Assembly (NCBI RefSeq): GCF_009914755.1
Contig: NC_060933.1
Length of the DNA: 64,000 bases
Direction: 5' to 3' (one strand)
Source of the DNA: the human T2T-CHM13v2.0 reference genome, Homo sapiens
Shown here: piece by piece, positions 58,986 through 64,000 of the stretch
Numbering within the stretch: position 1 is the first letter of the stretch
Layout: each line of letters begins with the position of its first letter
Translations under genes and position numbers: made by a program
Notes under the pieces: model-generated
What the model was told of the DNA's origin: nothing
Seen by the model: the letters and a program-made list of their open reading frames with translations, nothing else
The model's database searches: none

Positions 58986-59603
58986 CCGGATTTTTGATCC
59001 ACAATTATGTATTAGAAACAAAATAGTAAAGGCCATCCTGTGTATCTGGACACTCTTCCTCAGTGGTCCATTTTCCACCCTCCCACACTAAGCACTAATC
59101 CTGCCCAGGGGATTCTCCAGTGTTACAGCACATTAGGTTCCCCTGGAAGCTTTTAATGAAATCCCAATGCCTTTGTTGTATGCTGAAATAATCACTTCAT
59201 TGTGTCCTGGTGTAAGAGTCAAACATCATTATTTTGAAAGATCCCCAGTTGTCTCCAGTACGCTGAAAGGCAAAAAACCAATGCATAGCCACATCCCAGT
59301 GACCCTGTTGCAATATATTAAGAGTATTTCAACTGCTTTTGTTGCCTATACATCTCTCAAGAATTGATAAAGTTACAACCTTTATACATATACCAGTCAT
59401 TAGCACAAACGGGCAAACTAACAGAGAGCAGTCAGAGGGAATCTTCTTAAAGCTACTCTTCCCATCATTTGCAAATACTTGATCAGCCAAAATGTTATGC
59501 AAGTATCTCTAACAAGATATAAGATAAAGAGAAGAAGAGAGAGATACAGATAAAGGGATAGATTTTTCTATCTATATCGAGATTTTTCTATCTATATCGT
59601 CTA

Positions 59604-59653
<50 letters not shown>
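59604..59653. repeat. (TATC)12 tetranucleotide STR
   Basis: Read directly. Preceded by a duplicated gatttttctatctatatcg at 59561-59599. Confidence 0.95.
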
Positions 59654-59654
<1 letters not shown>

Positions 59655-59954
59655 ATCTAGTTCAGGTCTTGGTTTCTGCTGTATACTGCTCAGTGGTGGT
59701 GCCATCGAGAGTTGAAGACTCCAGGGTAGGAGATGTATAGTACCCTAGAGAATAGATGGCAACTTTTGGCAAAATTCCCCTGCAACCAGGAGGAGAGACA
59801 AGCCGCAAATGAGAGGACCGTGCAGACCAGCCCTCAGTGTGTTGCAGTAGGAACCGTTGAGCACTATGGGCCCTGAGAGCTTTGATGCTTTGGTGCTAAG
59901 ACCCCAGGATTCAAGATAAAGCTCAAACGGAATAATTGTAATAAAATAATCTCT

Positions 59955-62810
59955 GTGAAAAGATAGAGGTTATTCTACTCAGTTTAATGGGTCCTATAAA
60001 ATTCTGAAAAGCCAAGGTGGATTCCCAACTATTGTTTTACATTTGATATAAATGGTACAAGTTTCACATAGGAAGTAAGTGAATCCAGAACTGCTTCTTG
60101 TAAGCCATATGCACGTCCTACATTAAGTCACTGAACGACCCCATCTACAGTTATTGTGCTCAATAAACAAACTTTCATTTTATATGGTACATAATGATTT
60201 CAAAGTTATTTCCTTTTCCTACATTGTTGGTCAGAGTTTGTTTTATTTTATTATAAAAATAAGTGAGGAATACAACAGAGTCAAAACACTTTTCTAATGC
60301 AAACGAAGGTTAAGCAACTGTACTATAATTTGTATTTAAACTTCACTCTTTCTTAGTAAATAAGTAAAGTGCTCATTTAAAGACTGAAAAATACAGATAA
60401 ATTTAATAAGAAAAAAAGAAGGTACACATGAATAATCAATGCTAATGTTTGGTATACACCTATAGATAGAGATGTACAGATTTCTGTAGACATAGATTTA
60501 AATATCTGAATCTTTCTATTGTTGTTAAAAATCATGATAATAAAAGAAATTTCCCTACTGCTACCCAGAGCATAATGCAACCGGAAGTTATAATATCAAT
60601 AAACAGTGTCAGAGAAAAGTTAAAAGTGTCACAGTGCAAGCATTTAGAGGGTCACGAGAGGAGTTCACAGAGGGACCACTAGAGATAGCACAAATTCAGT
60701 GATGTTCAACTCAATCACCACTGATTATTAGAACATGAGAGATCATCATTAGTGCTTACATATTTCACTTGCTCTGTATTAACATAGTCTCTCCACAATG
60801 GTATGTTCTTTCAAAAATGAACCATTTTTCCCTGCTAAAAGAAAGTCTCTTTCTCTTTTTAATTGATGGCATAATTATATGAATTGCTTTGAATCTTATT
60901 AACTTTATAATTATTATAAAAGATTTTCACTTTAACCAATATAATAATAATTTGTTTTATACACAAATGACACCAGGCACATATAACAGTGATAAATTTC
61001 TTTAATTTACCTTGTCAACATATACTATATGAACACAAAACCACAAACATTGTAATTTTTTACTTCAGTGGAAATGAGAGTTTTTTTGGTCTCAGATAAA
61101 TATTATTTGAACACTGTCTGAATTGATAAATATATTGGGATTTTTGTGCCCAAATAACTGAATTGTTTATCTAGTAAGGCTTTCTTTTAAAGGTTCTAAG
61201 AGATTCAATAAATATTTTTTAAATGACATAAGTATGTGATTGTACGGATAACTGAACGGATAACTCAGTTTTTTTCTCTTAGAACTAGTTGAGTAAGGAA
61301 GTGTATTCAAGTTTACCATTTAAAAATTTACAGAACATTTATGTAAGCGAAATAAATCATGAAATGATATGAGCATTTCTTAGAGTGGTAAAGCTTCATG
61401 AGATCTTCTTTAAATTTAGTCAGTTTCTTTAACCTCTATACACATAGTTTTTAGCCAGCCTTTACAGAGAAAATACAATTAGAAGTTAATCTCTTTGATT
61501 GAATGAATGTCTGTGAAGATAATTATGGAAGATGAGCACAAAAGTTCCTATATCTCAAAATTTCCATACATGGTTAATCATAACCAAGCCTCTGAGGTTT
61601 ATCGTGTCTACCCCTCGGTCCTCCTGCACAGCTTCTTCCCATTGAGAGGGCAGAGATCAACAGAATGTAACTCTTCAGGAAGAAATCCAATGTGTTTCAA
61701 GAGTTATGCTTTCACTGAGGGATCTTTGTTGCTGATTGAAACTCTTGCATTTAGACTTAGTTATCTGCCACACATTGCTCACTGGCAATTCCAGAATTCC
61801 ATTCACTCCAAGGTCCCCCTCTTCCTTCTAGTCTTCATCTCATACTTAACTGATAATACTGAGGGCTGTCACTACCATCCACTGACTCAGTTACCTCCAT
61901 CTTCATCAGTACATACACCTACTCTTAGCATATCTTTTCCTGTTTTTTATATGAGAATTACCACCAGAAGGCCACTCCTCTACCTGCCCAGGTATGTTAT
62001 GGCCCATGCATTTCTTATTCCTGAAAGACTGTTTGTCTGTTAACAGGTATGAATTTGCAAGCACAGGTTCTGGTGTGCAGAAAATATCAACTTCTTCTGC
62101 TTTAACCAATCAATAGAAATCCAATTTCTGTCACTTGCTATGGAATTCAGCATCAGAAATTGTTCTAATGGAGATACCCATGAAAGTGTGCACTAAACCC
62201 AGGATCTTAGCACCAAAGCACAAAGCTCCTCAGGCTGCACTGCTCTCAGCTGCTACCACTGCAACACTCAATGCAATCCTGCATGGTCCTCTCAGCTCTG
62301 TGCCTGCTTCTATCTCTGGGGACAGAAAGAATGTCAACAAAGATGATATCTCTTCCCTTGGGCACAACATTGTCATTTATTCTAAGGTCTTTGCCTCTTT
62401 AGGCCATGGGTACTGAACACTGCACAGCAAAACCAGGCTTTCTACCTCAGCAAAGTATAAAGAAATTATCATATTCTCTCCCTTCAGTCTCATTTTCTGT
62501 CTCTCCCTGCCTCTATTTCTTTCTCTTTGACTCAGGTCTTGTCAGGGACACTTGCATAACCTTCCGCTTGTCATCAGGCATTTACAAACAATTCCAAGTG
62601 CTGCTTTAAGTACCTCCTGTGTACAGCCCTTCAAAGATGGACTAGACAGGCAAAAACCACCAAGACCCAGAGAGTCTGCTCAAAATGAGCTAGGCAAATG
62701 CAGATGTGACAGAATTGTAAGATACAATGAGACCAAGCTAGGATAACTCAAGAAATTATACTAACACACATGCCAATCACTAACCTTTTCGGCCTTTCCT
62801 TTTCTCTGGT
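59955..62810 (+). pseudogene. Inverted paralogue of unit A (unit C): intron and 3' flank, exon 2 deleted, exon 1 absent
   Basis: Colinear with the reverse complement of about 53636-50383. Shared strings include aaattctgaaaagccaagg, ttttcctacattgttggtcagagtttg and actgagggctgtcacta. At 60670-60692 the alignment jumps over about 52862-52358 of unit A. Confidence 0.85.
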
Positions 62811-63047
62811 TTTCCAATATTATTTTCATAAACAAACACCAATCATTTTCCTACGACACTTCAAAGTATCTCTCTGAAGTTCTCCACATCTCATTACCTG
62901 TGGATCCCACTGTAGATAAGCTTCCCTCTGACACTCTGGTCCTGTCAGATGCCACAATGGTCCCCAGTGCCCAAATCCAGTGGTGACTCTTGGCTCTTGT
63001 TCTCCTTTACTCCTCTTTCATATTTCATCCTGTGTTACTATGATTGG

Positions 63048-63474
63048 TGTATTAGTCAATTCTCACATTACTATAAGGAAGTATCTGAGACTGGGTAATT
63101 TATAAAGAAAAGAGTTTTAATTGACTCATGGTTCTGCAGGCTGTACAGGAAGCATGATGCTGGCATCTGCTCAACTACTGGGAAGTCCTCAAGAAACTTC
63201 CACTCATGGCAGAAGGTGAAGCAGGAGCAGAACTTCACATGGCTAGAGAAGAAGCAAGAAAGAGAGGGAGGGGGGACTACACACATTTAAAACACCAGAT
63301 CTCATGAAAACTCACTCACTATCACAAGGACAGTACCAAGAGGGGATAGTACTAAACCATTCATGAGAAATTCACCCCCATGATCAAGTCACCTCCCACC
63401 AGGCCCCACCTCCAACACTGGGGATTACAATTCGACTTGAGATTTGGTGGGGGACATAGATCCAAACCATAACA
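63048..63474 (-). mobile_element. MSTB-like MaLR solo LTR
   Basis: TGTATTAGTC...CCAAACCATAACA, 427 bp, perfect 5-bp TSD ATTGG at 63043-63047 and 63475-63479. Confidence 0.9.
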
Positions 63475-64000
63475 ATTGGAGTATACAGTACAAAAAGTTA
63501 TAATATTATGTAATATGCAGGGATAAATAAGCAACAGATGCAATTGAATTACTCCTAAAAATCTCCCTGTAGGGTCTTTGGGGAATAGCTAGGTGATGTT
63601 TCCTGTATTTTTTTTTAGCACACTAGAAGCCATTGGGAATCTTTACAAATGCAGAGGGCTGGTTCAACCGCCAGTCATAATGACTTCATTGCCTCAGCGT
63701 GCGGCATAGCAGGTGGAGTTCTTAGAGATCGCCAGGAGATTCCAATGTGCTGCTATGTTGGAGAACCACTGGGCTGGGGTAAGGATGCAGGTTGCAGTGG
63801 GGGCCAGGAAAAACTGGCTGATCTGAGAATGATCAGGTGTCATTTTAAGGAAGAGATTCCAGGGTATAGGTGATTGGACTTTACTATAAAGTTAGTTTTC
63901 TCTAAGCAGGAGAAGTACAAGCTGTGTCATTCCTAAATCATGTGGAAACACAGCAGTCTTATTGTGAATGCACGGAAGATATGCAGGGAAGACGGTTAAC

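Overview
Primate, very probably human, genomic DNA from the relaxin-family cluster. The INSL6 protein matches human INSL6 as I recall it, which would place the window at 9p24 between JAK2 and INSL4/RLN2/RLN1; this placement is from memory, not a search. The only intact protein-coding gene is INSL6: minus strand, two exons (CDS 44677-44389 and 23338-22986, 213 aa), about 21 kb intron, CpG-island promoter. Most of the rest is nested L1, Alu, L2, LTR (MER11, MLT1, MST) and hAT/MER repeats. The main hidden structure lies upstream of INSL6 and is a fossil array of INSL4/relaxin-like gene units. (A) A complete two-exon pseudogene on the minus strand (54680-52406) with an INSL4-like signal peptide and exon 2, a relaxin-like B-chain start and an intact CC-x3-C-x8-C A-chain, but a broken ATG, a frameshift, a GC donor and two C>T nonsense codons. 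(C) An inverted paralogous unit (59955-62810) from which exon 2 was deleted. (B) A probable third 3'-flank remnant. The intron of unit A holds a tailless 5'-half tRNA-Gly(TCC) retrocopy with a 19-bp TSD, and unit C preserves the empty site. Other points of interest are a chimeric L1-in-L1 with a 3' transduction, two L1s with the 5'UTR fused to distal ORF2, and two candidate routes to INSL6 isoforms lacking the A-chain. Repeat subfamily names and most repeat boundaries are by-eye estimates.
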